Positions 1 through 13,109 of a stretch of 64,000 nucleotides of DNA are shown here, one piece after another. The number at the start of each line of letters is the position of its first letter. Position 1 is the first letter of the stretch. The position numbers and the translations under genes were made by a program. The notes beneath the pieces were generated by a model. It saw only the letters and a program-made list of their open reading frames with translations. It was not told where the DNA came from and searched no databases. Location of the stretch: NCBI GenBank assembly GCA_020137815.1, contig CM035355.1, positions 7,502,001-7,566,000 of the forward strand. The letters run 5' to 3'. This stretch comes from Hormiphora californensis. Taxonomy: Eukaryota > Animalia > Ctenophora.

Positions 1-132
1 GTACGGCGCGTACCGGGAACAACTCCAAAACACGATATGTAAAGTTGGGGTCTGACAGCTTTATAAAAACTGGATATACAAAACACACAACTCGTCTATA
101 TTTTATGTTTAAAAAAACACGTAAAAAAGTGT

Positions 133-972
133 TCACGAATAGGGGAGAAGGGAGTGTCTGAGGGTGTTTAGTTCGAGTTCGAATGATAGTAATCCGGAGA
201 GTTCCGATTCAAGAAGATCAATTAAGTTGGAGTTATCATGCGAGTAAATCCAGTGTCCATCAACAAAATCGTACCTAGGGGAGATGGGGAAGTGAGGGTT
301 ATGTACAGCGTGGGGAAGCTACGATTTCGGTAGACCCAACAATATTTTCAAGGTAAATAATCAAAACAACAAATGTTATCTGTACCGTTTAGGGCCGGAG
401 ATTGGTGAAGAGAGCCAGAGCTGTTGGTTGGGTGTTTGTCGATTTACTACGTATGTATGTGATTCGTCAACTCGTAATGTTAACACTTCCCCATTATATT
501 CAACCTGAAGAAGGTGTGTTAGTTTGGGTGTTTCTTATCGGAGACTCTTATACAGTCACCAAGTCATAGAATTTAGTCATTTGACTCCTTACAAGGTGGT
601 ATAGTAATCAATTTACCAATTAACTAATCAATCTCAACTAATCAATTGCATATTAATCAATTAACTGCCTAACTAATTAATCAATTAATTTCCTCAACTC
701 ACATCAAAATGCTCACTCAGATCAGGTAGAAAATCAGGTAATTCCTCCAACGACTCACTGAGCGTATCAAGTGTCTCCGAGCAGACTGTCATGAAATCAG
801 GAGGAGTTGTTGAGAAGTTCCGGGTTGAGGAGGAGAAGTACCGAGGGAAATTATTGAGCTGTACTTGAGATTGGGTACTAAACATTGGTTGGTTGCTGCA
901 GTAACTAGGAATTCGTTGTTGATAGGTTGCTAGGCAACGTCTTGGAATAACTCCAAAGCAACGCCGCATCAT
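133..972 (-). CDS. FXN: Frataxin; 3 coding exons (972-703, 504-386, 274-133)
   Basis: Spliced translation gives a mitochondrial presequence, then [40 protein letters not shown], the frataxin signature. GT-AG junctions keep frame. Acceptor TTTCACAG (AG at 975-974) lies 1 nt before the ATG. Confidence 0.93.
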
Positions 973-1332
973 CCTGTGAAATTCGGGTGAGAGGTAGTAA
1001 ATTGGGGCACTAAACTGTGTGCCTTTCATGGGTTTGTAAACCACTTAGGGTTAGGAAATAGTGGTTTGGAGGCAATAAATACCTCCAAACCTCCGAGGTA
1101 TAAAAACTGGAAACTAGAGAGTTGGAGAACAAAATTCAGTTATCGATTACACACAGCAGATATTAAAAAGTAACAGATCAAAATTTAACTAAACAAGTTT
1201 AACCCAAAAACACGAAACACAAAAAACCATTATCACTAGAACGCAAATCAAGTCCAGAGTTCACTATCCAGTCCAGAGTTTTACAGAACAAAGTTGTGGC
1301 AGCATTTCACCGCAAAGTTATCGGCAGGGTTG

Positions 1333-4300
1333 CTACAAATGCAGTTTACCCGCCAGACTTGTCATGAGAAAAGCAGTGACCCCAACAATGACACTAGTGG
1401 TAACAGCAATACCCGCTGGTGTCTTGGCAAGATCAAGTAGGTTAGCAGCCCAGTTGCGGCTCCAGTCCAGATAACCTGAGCGTGGTACCTGGGAGAGGAA
1501 AGTGAAGGTATAACAAACTGAATCATCCTTGTAGTTGAAGAAACTATACAACTACTGTGAACATGGCAATTGTCAATCGACTAGAGGTCGCTAGTATATC
1601 ACCATTCTCATCCTACTCATGGGCCTATAAAATGTTGGCCACCCAAATCTCAATTAAATGTAAACAAATAAAGAAGTAATGTATTACCTTGAGAATGAGC
1701 TCCTGTTGTTTTACAGGTAATGTCTTTATCACAGCAGGTGGGTATTCCTCAAACAACCCCAAAGCAGTTTGGATCTAGAACAAACATCGTGATCAGAATT
1801 ATTATTGATATTTTTCAATTCTGAGCTTTATTATTTTCAAATATTGTCCAAACGGATATCTTGAAATTCCCAAATAATGGTGGGGTTTGGACCAAACCCC
1901 ACTATCATTTGTTCATCTCATGATATCTCCATCCCTCCCTCTCTTACCAGGGACTCCCAGGGGAGGTTCTGGGGTAGGGTATGGAGGACATGATGGACAG
2001 CACTCAGTTCACATTCTACACTCATTATCCTGGTCTTCCGGTAGAGGACGATAGCTGCAGATAAGTAGACGGGGAGGAGGGCATCCGATACGATAAACGC
2101 GTCATACAGCCTGGGTGAAATTAACTTAATAAATATTTGTTGGTGATTAAAAACTTTTAGTTAGCAATAGAAAAGTCGTATTTGGTAGGTAGACCATGAT
2201 ATTAGACAGGGGCCGACAGACAAATACTTAGCAAAATACCCGTGTGTACCTGTATATTAGCGCCTCATCTGTGATGACATATGCAAACCAAGTGATAATC
2301 CAAGACAGGCTAAACATTGTTCCCGCGTCCGAGTTCACAATAAAATCAGCCAACTCAGGACATTTCTGAAAAATGAATTTTTTACTGTCTTTGAACATAA
2401 TACGATCTGTATTGTAGTGCCGAAACAAGGAATCACTTACACTGGTTGCCCTTAGAAACATGATACAACTAGTTACACGGAATTCGGAAAGCGGTATATT
2501 CTAGGGCGTTCTGGTACAGGTGATTTAGTGGAATCAGCATTTACCTGACTAACAAGAGGAATTATGTAGCCCATTAGTTTTGAGGTTTCTTCCAGATTCT
2601 CCTTGATATGCGAGGACAGGTGGGTATCACACAACTGCGCCATAATAACTCCCCCAAGCCGCTCACCCACCACGTATAGCAGGGTTAAACTAACATCATG
2701 GTAACCCTGAAAAGTAGAGGGTATTAGTTGTGTGAATGTTCCTCTTTTCTGTACTTTAGGTACATGATATCGAAACTACACGTGTACTGAACCCGGTACC
2801 CTGTGTAGTGTGTACCCGATAAGACACCCTGCACAAGTTCCTAGTCCTCACTTGTGTACCTGGTATACCCGATATAGTACCCACATGGCAGTACCCACAT
2901 GCGCAGTGTGCATGTTATACCCGATCTATAGTACCCACCTGATAATAGTGTCTGCCGGGTTTCTCCGCCAGTGATTTGATAATCACGTTTTTCAGTCGGG
3001 TTTTCAGCGCTAGAACCTTGTTAGATGGTGTTCCTGGTTGTATCCGAGAGTTGCACCTGTGAACATCCAGACACACCTGAGAGAGAAGTAAAGTGTTACG
3101 AATAATTATTTCACAACAGTGGTGCCTTGCTCGACCATCTCTCACAATGAAGATATCTACACCATTGTACGATGCAGGGAATATGAAAATCGATGTAGGG
3201 AATATCAATATCGATGGAAGCTGAACTTTAATTCCACATCTCACATCGCTTAAAGTCCGATTTTTAATAATGTGAACGGGGGGCGCGCAAAAAACTTTCC
3301 CACGCACCGTGGGAAAGTTTTTTTTCGTTTTGTTTCGATCATTTCTCTGGCTCCTGATAAGATAAAGACTTGATCTTGGTTGCATTGAAAAGGTCTTAAA
3401 ATTATCTTTCCGATACTTCCGAGATCAAGTCTTAAGATTGTCAAGAACAGAATTTAGCACGCGCAAATAGAATTAAGTGGAATTAAGTGCGCGCCCCCCG
3501 TTCACATTATTAAAAATCGGACTTTAGTCAACACGTTAATTAACTATTTGTACGCGTATAATACAGAGATCTGTCAGGTACCTGTGTAAAATCCCGGAAG
3601 CTGGTGATATCACACTCAGTCACACTTTCAGAGGGGGAGATTCCCAGGAAGACCGGCCACAAGACCCTCCTGTACTCGTTAGACAACAAACCGCCCTCTG
3701 ACAGGGCCAGGGATCGGATCTCATCCCGTGATAAACACCCTGTCGAGGGATAAAGTCAAGCCTTGGTATACCGCGTGCACCTCGATTTACTGTTTTGATA
3801 AATCGAGGTTTGACAACACCAGGAACCGACCGAATCAGGAAATACTGGTCCCTGATTGACTGATAACCAGTCACGTGACCTAAATAACGAGCTCTGATTG
3901 GTTGTTTACTTAATTCGGTCGGTTCCTGGACAACACATACAATTTGGTATCGAAGACACCTCACACTCTGTTTAGCTCAGGTCGCCGGACAAGGGGTAAC
4001 TTCGTAACCAAACAATACACAATGTGTGTGTATTACACATTGCACTCGAATCTCGATACATATACATTCCTTACATCATGTGTTAATGTTGTACAGGAAA
4101 ATGTACGTGTTTGGTAATGGACGGAAGACAGATGTGAGTGTGTAATGGAATTAGACAATTTGTTTGAAATGGCAATCTAAAAACACGATACACAGATACA
4201 CAGATACACCTGATATTTAATAGGTACAGTCGGACCCCGATTTAGGGCCCCCCGATTTAGTGGCACCCCGATTTAGGGACAGGATTTTTTTCCCCCGATA

Positions 4301-4584
4301 TAGGAAATTAACCTTATTTGACCCCGATTTAGTGGACACCCCGATTTAGTGGACAAGAGCCTTTCCCCCGAGGGTGTCCCTAAATCGGGGTCCGACTGTA
4401 CATGGTACACAGATACCTGGTTTTTATAGGTGCAGATGATGGGGGAAATAGTTAATACATGGTAAAGGTGCAGTGATCGGGGAATACCTGACTTTCCTGT
4501 CACAACATGAGCGAGATAGTTGTCCTTTCTTCTTCTCACCTCCCACCTATCATTCTCAGAGCGCCGTCTCTTTCTCTCTGACAT
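1333..4584 (-). CDS. TBC1D20: TBC1D20-like Rab GAP; exons about 4584-4488, 3697-3582, 3076-2939, 2706-2545, 2365-2250, 2110-1948, 1774-1688, 1488-1333
   Basis: EGGLLSNEYRRVLW, QVCLDVHRC, HYYQGYHDVSLTLLYVVGER, GTMFSLSWIITWF, RLYDAF and a C-terminal TM tail match TBC1D20. The first exon is less certain. Confidence 0.88.
3254..3523. mobile_element. Kolobok-like MITE in a TBC1D20 intron
   Basis: About 35-bp TIRs AGTCCGATTTTTAATAATGTGAACGGGGGGCGCGC. Flanks are TTAA and TTAG (TTAA TSD with one change). AG..CT termini. Confidence 0.65.
3820..3928. mobile_element. 109-bp hAT-type MITE
   Basis: TIR CAGGAACCGACCGAA; 8-bp TSD GACAACAC (3812-3819, 3929-3936); second copy at 29425-29533. Confidence 0.85.
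4227..4398. mobile_element. Tc1/mariner (pogo-like) MITE, short form
   Basis: TIR CAGTCGGACCCCGATTTAG, TA TSD, internal CCCCGATTTAG repeats; longer relative at 23783-24606. Confidence 0.85.
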
Positions 4585-5085
4585 TCATACAACAAACTTT
4601 AGGGAAGAGAGAGGGGATTAGGGAACACATAGGCCATGTAGCAAATAGACTCGCAATCTGTTGCTATTAGCAACAGATTGCAAGTCTATTGGTCTAACAA
4701 AAGATAGAAAAGATCAGATGTTGTGCAGTGTATAAAAATGTGTATTGACTTGCTTTCAGTGCGGTCAAGAATTTACAATACAAAAAACCCTGAAGATACA
4801 AATAAATATCGAATCAACTCAATGTCTCTTTTGTGTTACTCGGAGTAATGCCGAATTTTCATTTCTCTCTCTCTCACTCCCTTTACATCTCTTCCTCTCT
4901 CGATCAATACAATGTTTCGTAATTTTCGGTTGAAAATGTTTCACACAATCTCAATAAACTCTTTTGATAACTTTAACACGCAACACACGATAATAAAATA
5001 ATATTTTTCTCATTTTCAACTCATTCCGCTCAGCTCCCATTCTCACATATCAAATCGTCGTCTTGGTAGGGTGTTTGACTGTTGT

Positions 5086-8000
5086 CTACTTCCTGATCTT
5101 GTCGTCGTTGAGGATGGGGGTTCACCACCACCTTCATCACTATTTACGGGGGTGGTGCTGGGAGATCTACCTCGCTGCTGTTGATCCACACTAACTCTGC
5201 TGTTCGATCTACTACTGGGACCTGAAAATTGGGGTTAGATAGCATCTACTGACCTGGGGTACAGGACCAATTGTTCATGTTGGTGTGCCGTGTGATTCAA
5301 TCAACTAATTACTGTGTGATGTCACCATGACAACACCTCAGGGTGATAACTACCTGGGTAGTTGAGATCGAGATTAGCGAAGGAACCGGGCAGTGAATAC
5401 CGGGCCTTTCTTGTCCGTTCAGAGTCGTAATACACCCTAGAGGAAAGGGGGTTATTCCGTGATAACTAGCTAGCTAACCCCATGCAATTAGAGTTGCTAA
5501 TCGACCCTCTAATCAATCTCTCCTTTCTCTCATTAGGAGAAAAAAGTGGGAAGGAAACACCCCTTTCTCTCTTATTCATTCCTGTCCCTGGCAGTTCAAG
5601 CTCTGTGTGACCTGTGTGTTAAAATACGGGACGGTGCAAACCGCAGGCCACAGGAGCTGTATTTGGGGCCAGGAGGAGCTCTCTCAGCGGTGGGGTTGGT
5701 ACTGTTTGATGCTATATTTAGAAACTCCTAAATTGCCGTGGTAATTCATTTCCCCCCTCTCTCCAAATACACACGCACTTCACTCTCATTTCAGAGATAC
5801 AGCATTGTAGAGTTAAATTAGTGTTACGTAGAGAGATATATACGGAGTTATATCATGGTAACTACTGCGATACAACCCGTTTGGCAACATAACTAGCTCT
5901 CAATCCAGAGATCCAGCTAATTGGAGACACACAACTCCAGCGTGGTAATCACGTACTAACTACTATTGTAAAGGAGTTCGAACCGGGGACTTTTGCTGCA
6001 TAATATACAGTGTTATAATTGCGTACCAAGCTTCGCCACAAAACCATTTTTATCGCGTACGAGATAAATACTAAAGTCACGTACATAGTATGAGATTCAC
6101 GTACATAGTACGAGATAAATTCGATACAAAACTGAAAACAAGAACTAAAAACATGTACATACGAGACAAATAATACTTGCTAAATAGTCACGTACGGTGA
6201 GTCGTGATCCTCATCGCCAGCAGCAATGTTCAGGTGGGAGGAGTAGGGAGAGGGGCATGTTGTGGAGAGGGAGGCCTTCACATCACAGTGGTTCATTAGA
6301 CGTAATAACTCTTCCTGATAGTGGAGAGAGGGGTTTTGCAGTGCAAATTATTTTGGTCGTACGTTGTAACTGATTGTGTGTTACCATGGTTACCTGTATG
6401 ACTGATTGTGTGTTACCATGGTTACCTGTGTAACTGATTGTGTGTTACCATGGTTACCTGTATAACTGATTGTGTGTGACCATGGTTACCTGTGTGTGTG
6501 TGTGTGTGTGTTTAGCACCTCCCATCATTCCGCCCACTGTGCTGCCCCTTCAAAGGTCGACAGCCGACCTCCATTATAATCACTCCACGCCACTACCCTC
6601 CACACAAAGGGACAGTGTTGGTGTTCTCCGGTTCAGTCCTGGTGTTCTGCAGAGCAAGCTCCACATTTCCCTCGAACTGTTCCGGCACCACAAGAAGAGT
6701 TTTGATTCACGGCTTAATAGAGACCAGCGTGTCTTGTATGTTGGGACAATGGGTGAAATTTACCTGCCTCCCTGGCTGGTCTTCGGTTACTACTGCTGCA
6801 AGGAGCTGTAGAAGTAGGTGGGTCTTCCGAATTTGCCACAGCGATAACTCACAGCCCGTGAGGCCTGTGTCGGTTGACAAATCTTATCACACTCTAGGCC
6901 TTGGGTCGATACCGCTAGTACACAGATCTGCATACAGCCAGGAGGTCCGGAAAAGTCTAATTTCTTAGACTTATATTGCACGGTTAAGCGTCTACACTTA
7001 AAGTAACACTGTGAGGCATTGGGCAAGTATCAGCCCCCAGTGGTGTGCATTTTGCGGATTTAATACTTGCCTAAGGAGGCGGGGTGGCCGAGTGGGCCCA
7101 GACCTGCCCCATTACTCGCGGGTCCTAAGGTAGATGTGCATGTGTGTAGTCCCTCCTAGGTAACAGTCTCGACTCTGTTACCTGTTTCAGGTCAGGATGG
7201 TTAGGGGTGGTTGCATCTGGCTGTAAGTTAGGTGAGTTTTATCAGGTCGAGTGTTTGGTCGGGAGTGAGAATATTCTCGGCAATGTCCCGGTAGTCTAGC
7301 CATTGTTATCATGGAGGTTATGTGCTGATTCATAATGGTCATCAGCGACCGCGATTAAGTAGGCTTAGTAACTGGGATTTAATTTAATAAATTCCGTTTA
7401 CTCAACCTAGGGATAGACCCTATTTCAAGTGAGATTATCAGTTCAACTGGGATCAGTTGCACTGCAAGAGCTCGGTGCCATGTGTAACAAGGTTACTGGC
7501 GGGGGTGAGATTATCAGTTCAACTGGTATAGTTTCACTGCAAGAGCTCGGTGCCATAATTGAGTCCGGCAAGGTCTCTGGCAAAGTTTACTCCCCGTACT
7601 TGGGGAGATGGTGTAATACCGGCCGGGGGTATCTCTAGTCAGAGAGAGATGAGTCATGGTTACCTGTATAACTGATTATGCGTTACCATGGTTACCTGTA
7701 TAACTGATTGTGAGTTACCATGGTTACCTGTGTAACTGATTGTGTGTTACCATGGTTACCTGTGTAACTGCGGATGGTGTATCGACGGGTAGCGGAGAAT
7801 CCTTTGTTGAATCATTCGCCGTGGTCAGATCCCAGATCTGTATGGAACCATCCTCATGACCTTATTTGGGTAAAACATAGTTACACTAGGGGGACCCAGA
7901 GTTACCGGCAACACAAACTAAGTTCTACCTCCTCCCTTTTTCTCACCCTTGTTTAATTCCACCCCTCTCTCTCTTTCTTACTCTATATTTCTCTCTCTCT

Positions 8001-11000
8001 CTCCCACCCTCTCTTCTCATACCTGTAAGGATATAACGTCGCATCCTGGTCCGGGTGCTACTATCACACTCAAATAGAGAGTGTGCAGATATCTCGGACC
8101 CGTCCACAGATCTGATCGTACAGAGTCGCTTGCCGGTACACGCCACCAGTACAAACAACTCATTACTTGACTGTATCACCTAGAAATGGAGCTTTTGTTT
8201 AGACTTAAGATTGGGATTTGGGATTAATTGTAATGTTGCTATAGCTTAGGCAAGTGCAGATATCTGACTAACTCTAATGGAGTTCCTGGCCTATAATAAT
8301 CCCCCTAAAATTACCTTTTGTAGGAAAACTGCCCCATCATCCTTCTCTCCGTAAGGTCCGATAAAGTTGGAGTTACTCATCGCCTGGAACGGCTCATCAA
8401 GGGACAACACGTTGAAGGAGGCCAGGGGAGTGGAGCTAGGCTGGGTTAGAATCCGGCCACGGAACCTGTAACGAGAGTGAGGTCACAGTTGCAACCTCTA
8501 AGTTTTGTAGGTGTTGGGTAATGGGAAATTAATCTCTGATCTCTTCCTCACTGTGAGGATTAATTTCCCATTACCCAACACCTACAAAACTTAGAGGTTG
8601 CAACTGTGTCACAACGTAGGTACCACCCGGTACCACCTTTAAAATAATGAACACGTATCATGTATACCTTGTCACCGTCCAGGTCCTGACGTGGTTGCTC
8701 TCTGAACAGATACTGAGTAGGTGGTTCTCACTTAGCATGACACGGGTAACAACTGATCTGTGAACTGTAAACGTTTGCAGCACCTGGGGTCCTGGACAGG
8801 AGGATTGGATTTTTAGAAATCTCTCATCCAAACTTGCTACCCGATACAGGAATCTTGAAAGTAAGTCTGTGTCGGCAGTTGTCAGTGTTGGGTCGGGATG
8901 GAATTCATTACATAAGTAACTTGTTTCATTGGTCCTATTTAACAGTTAAATACACCCCTAAATTGCTAGTTTTCTCACCTTGCCCTACGGTTTCCGGATG
9001 CTGGAAGATAATCCTCACAACACCCATATTGGTCCCATACGCAATCTCAATCCAATCCCCGCACTGCTGCCCAATACACTGTTTGGGTGTCATGTAGACA
9101 CTAATGGCAGTGATTGAGACCCCTTTGCCTCGTTCTGGGTCACAATACAACTGACTGACAAGCAGGTCATTGTCTTTCATTCGAAGGGGGAACTTGGCCA
9201 TGTCAACGCAGTAGATACAACCATCTGCACAGCCGATAAACAGCATACAACCTGCGGGGAGAGGGGGTTGGTTGTAAATGATACGATTCGGATTATGCAA
9301 AGCATATCGCTCCAAAGAGTCTAACTTGGGGGAGGGGGAGGGTGTGTGTTATTAGAGTTGGGGTACAAAACACACAGCCACTCCCAACAAAAATGCATCT
9401 TGTGAATCCACATGACACATGTTTTTACACAGACTAAACACTTTTGTTTGTGAAATAAAATTTATATGAATGAAGAACAATATTCAAAATAAACAGCGTT
9501 CTTTCCAAACTAATCGTCTATTTCATCAATCTCCCTCAAATCATTAGAAAAATCAGACACCTCCTCGATTCCTTCCATTCCACCGACCACCATGAAACTA
9601 ACACTCCTCGCCCTGTCAACTACGGAAGTAACCACTTCTGAGGCACGTCTCTGCAGGTCATCTCTATAACTCTTGTAGTTCCTTATCCGACAGTAATAGA
9701 TAATCGGGTTCAGGGTGGCATTGATTGCAATACTAAACACAGCCAGAGCTAGTCTCACATAAACTACAACCTCTATCTCTAGGGTTATCCCGATGTCAAA
9801 TGCCAGTACAGTGAACTCGTACAGTAGATAACAGGCGAATGGAACATTGCATAGTAGGTATACCGATGTGATCAGGAGAATTGTGGTTGTAGCTGCCTCT
9901 TTCCGGTCTCGTCGCCTGTTAGTTGGCACCCTTGTTATCTTGCGGCTCCGGTGGATGGACCTGATGGAAAGCCAAGCGCTGGCTAGAATTGGAACAACCG
10001 GTAGGGAGAAGGAACCAAGGAAAAATACTAGGAAAAGAAGCTTAAACTCCAATTCTGACATTCCATACATCATCCAAATGGCAGTGACGGTATATGAATC
10101 ATATCCATACCTGTCACCGTAGAAAAAGGGCAAAATCCCGGAAAGGATGGAAATGAGGGTGTAAATGATAACAACGGTGAAAACATGGAGAGGCTTCACT
10201 TTTTTAAACGGTTTGACCAAGTTTATACATCTCACCACGCTTAGAGTCAGAACAAGAAACACCGATAGCCTACTGGTGACATTCCAAAGCACACCCCAGA
10301 CTTGGCACAGGATGTGCGATGCAAACAGGACTGGATCTCTCCGTGCCGCTAGTGATATACACATGGGCATGAGCAGGATACTGGTGGTGATGTCAACTGA
10401 GATTATCAGGAGATACAACCGGTTTGGGATGTCCATTCGTTGTCGTAGGAAGTAAGGGATTGCGATTGTGTTTCCCACGGATCCGTAGAGGAAACATACT
10501 GATCCCGTTATCATGAAGAGAGAGTCGTAGAAGTTTACAGGGATGAATACTGGATAGGATGGAGATGGGGAGGGAGTAGTTGTGTTGTAAGTTGTGTTGT
10601 ACGTTGAATTGAACATTCTTTGGTAGTAATTTCGATTAAGATAAACTATTAAACAAGATGACAAAAAATGGGAATGGAGAGGAAATACCTACAAGGACAC
10701 AACTAGTGGAACGAATGATTCCATAGTACATCGTGTTCATGGCACCAAGACAAAGAGAGAGCGAGTGAAGGTGTTATAAATGTTAAGTGAGAGCAGGTAC
10801 GTGTATTTTGGAAAGTGAGAGCTTGGGAAAATACTGTACTATGCAGAAACTGGTAGTACTAATGCTTGGGGTTCTGTGGACTACCCTCTCTACTTGCAGT
10901 ACTAATGCGTCGGGTCTCTAAACTGTGGATGGGGACTATCTACCCTCTCTACCCCAGTGGCAGTACGATTATTGGTGCATCAGTATCCAACTTTAGCAAC

Positions 11001-12887
11001 CTCTCAGTAAAGAGGGTCCCTCTCTGATCTGATCCCGACTCGCGTCCCATGAATAGTAAAGAATCACCAGCTGTCAAGGATCCCCGAACCTAACCATCGA
11101 TTACTGGTGAATACTTGCATTACTTGACCCTCTCTCTACCCGCTCCAATAAAATAATAATGGCCATGTATGTACCACGTATCATTAATATTAATTCTTGG
11201 TACCTGCGACATCGTAACTGGTGATGGGTTGAACATGTTGTAGTTTCCAGGTTTGTGTCATCGTGTTCCAAACTCCTATCACACCACTTGAATTGAGGGC
11301 CACCAGACCTATGACAAGTACATTCGTCAACAACTGGTTACCAAGGGTTACCCATTGGTTACCACTGGTTACCAAGAACTCCACCAACCTGACGCGATGA
11401 AGATGAGTGCTTCAACAGTTACATCCAGATCAAAGTTAGCAACAATACTACCATCTGATACATTCCATAGGTAGATTTGGGTACCACTGCTTACCGCAAT
11501 AAATACCTGAAAATAATATATTGGTGCAGAGTCGTTTTGATAATATAAGAGCGTTGCCATGGGAGTGAAGTTCCCAAAATATTTGCTGAATTATATTGGA
11601 TATCTCAATTGCCGAATGTCGACATTTCCACCACACGTGGACAAATAATTACCTCTTTACTATTCGGCCCAGATACGGGAACCCGAGAGTTGAATGCCAT
11701 AAGGTCTACATTATGGTCTAGTTTCACTGCAAAGACAGGTCTCCACTCGCTGTAATCTCCCAGCTTGTAGCAAGATAGTGATGTTGGGTATCCCACTGCA
11801 ATGTAGTTGTGGGAGCCGAGAACGTGGATCACCTGAAGGTACACATCTGGTATATAATTTGGATTTAATCTTGAACTGTCCGGAGAAGATTGAGCAAGGT
11901 GTTGCCTAGCTAGACCCTGTTTCACGCGCCCTGCCCACAAATGTAAAGGGGGGGTTAGAACATAACAATCAAGGTGCTGGGTACCTGGTTGTTTCTGTGG
12001 CTGTCTTTATGCCTCCGTCTCAGGGTTACAGGGGAGCTGCTTAGTTTGGAGGGTAGTGGCAGGTGAGCATGGAACAGCAAGTTGCCACAGTGGCTCTTGT
12101 TCAGAGACAGGCACACCTGTGATGCGTCGGATGAGTGGCGTGATACCAAAGTATTCCGCTTCGTGAAGTAAACTGGGGGAGAGTGAAATGTAAATTAATG
12201 AGATCCCAATGAGATATTTGTAACTGGGGAGTGTGAAATGTTGATGAAATCATGGGATATTTGTGACTATGTATATGTATGACAATCAAGTTGTTCTGTA
12301 CTCTGTAGAGATGTAGTACATCTGTCATCTTAAAAACATGAGTCTCATCCAATTAGCTAGGTACGCCATGGCAACACAATGATTACTATGGCAACACAGA
12401 TATTAAGTACTAACCTTTCCAGATTCACCCCATCTAGGTTCACGTTTTTTGTTCTGAGGAAGTTGAGGATAACAGCAAAGAGAGCGGGATCTCGGTCAAT
12501 GAACACGGCCCCATTCTCGTCAAGCACAATTGGAATTCTGTTGCTTAGGAGACCTGGAGATATTAAGTAACTTTGTTATGGAAACATGTAGCTCCAAAAT
12601 GTTTACACTGCTTTACACTTTTCATATCGTTATTGCTGGACCACAAATCAAAAGGATATTGTTTCGATTATACTTCATGCTGCACCTGTAAAAAACGTGT
12701 CATTAATCCAGATCAGGGTAGTCCGACTAGTAGTAAAGAGTTGTCCACCAACGTTCAGTTTCACAATTTCACTCGTCCTAAAGTTGGGGAGATCCCTCCT
12801 TGGTGGTCGGTTGCCCCCTGACCTCCTGCCCCGCTGCTGTCCTGGCTCCCGGGGACACTCCCCACTGTACCGGTGCCCTCCACTCAT
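5086..12887 (-). CDS. KCTD3: KCTD3/SHKBP1-like BTB plus WD40-like protein, about 13-14 exons
   Basis: BTB: [41 protein letters not shown]. Also [99 protein letters not shown]. Last exon ends ..DDKIRK* at 5086. Confidence 0.9.
6366..6495. repeat. About 32-bp tandem repeat (GTAACTGATTGTGTGTTACCATGGTTACCTGT), distal half of a split array
   Basis: About 4 units; the same unit recurs at 7654-7770. Confidence 0.85.
6540..7340 (-). mobile_element. Degenerate RTE-like non-LTR retrotransposon fragment
   Basis: Broken minus-strand frames read KIRLFRT..LYA, LW and ..WRGVII, resembling the RTE-clade C-terminus. Many stops. It sits between the two halves of the tandem array. Confidence 0.4.
7654..7770. 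repeat. About 32-bp tandem repeat overlapping a KCTD3 splice donor
   Basis: The minus-strand unit contains CAG|GTAACC; the functional donor GT is at 7759-7758. Confidence 0.85.
8484..8608. repeat. Foldback/MITE with about 49-bp perfect inverted arms
   Basis: CACAGTTGCAACCTCTAAGTTTTGTAGGTGTTGGGTAATGGGAAATTAATC and its exact reverse complement, in a KCTD3 intron. Confidence 0.85.
9510..10616 (-). CDS. Intronless class A (rhodopsin-like) orphan GPCR nested in KCTD3 intron 9252-11203
   Basis: N-glycosylation-site-rich N-terminus ([13 protein letters not shown]), GN in TM1, D in TM2, C at the top of TM3, SVVRC at the DRY position, CNVP in TM6, NATLNPIIY in TM7. Confidence 0.9.
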   Translation of the reverse strand: MFNSTYNTTYNTTTPSPSPSYPVFIPVNFYDSLFMITGSVCFLYGSVGNTIAIPYFLRQRMDIPNRLYLLIISVDITTSILLMPMCISLAARRDPVLFASHILCQVWGVLWNVTSRLSVFLVLTLSVVRCINLVKPFKKVKPLHVFTVVIIYTLISILSGILPFFYGDRYGYDSYTVTAIWMMYGMSELEFKLLFLVFFLGSFSLPVVPILASAWLSIRSIHRSRKITRVPTNRRRDRKEAATTTILLITSVYLLCNVPFACYLLYEFTVLAFDIGITLEIEVVVYVRLALAVFSIAINATLNPIIYYCRIRNYKSYRDDLQRRASEVVTSVVDRARSVSFMVVGGMEGIEEVSDFSNDLREIDEIDD

Positions 12888-13109
12888 GTGGTACTATCGG
12901 GATGTGGACATGTTGTTGCTTACACACTATACTAGGAAAGAAATAATCAGGGTTAGATATATATTATATTTTGAGGAGTCTGAAACTGATGGATGTTTGG
13001 TGGAAGGAGAATAAACAAAGATTCGTTAGCCCAAAACGCATCACAATATTGTTTACACACAAGAATTAGAGATTTAAAATTTAAAACGTCTTACACACTC
13101 AAAAATTGA

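Noticed and set aside
3620-4480. ORF segments EPTELSKQPIRARYLGHVTG and QSDPDLGTPSGER
   Set aside because: Read-through into MITE sequence within introns.
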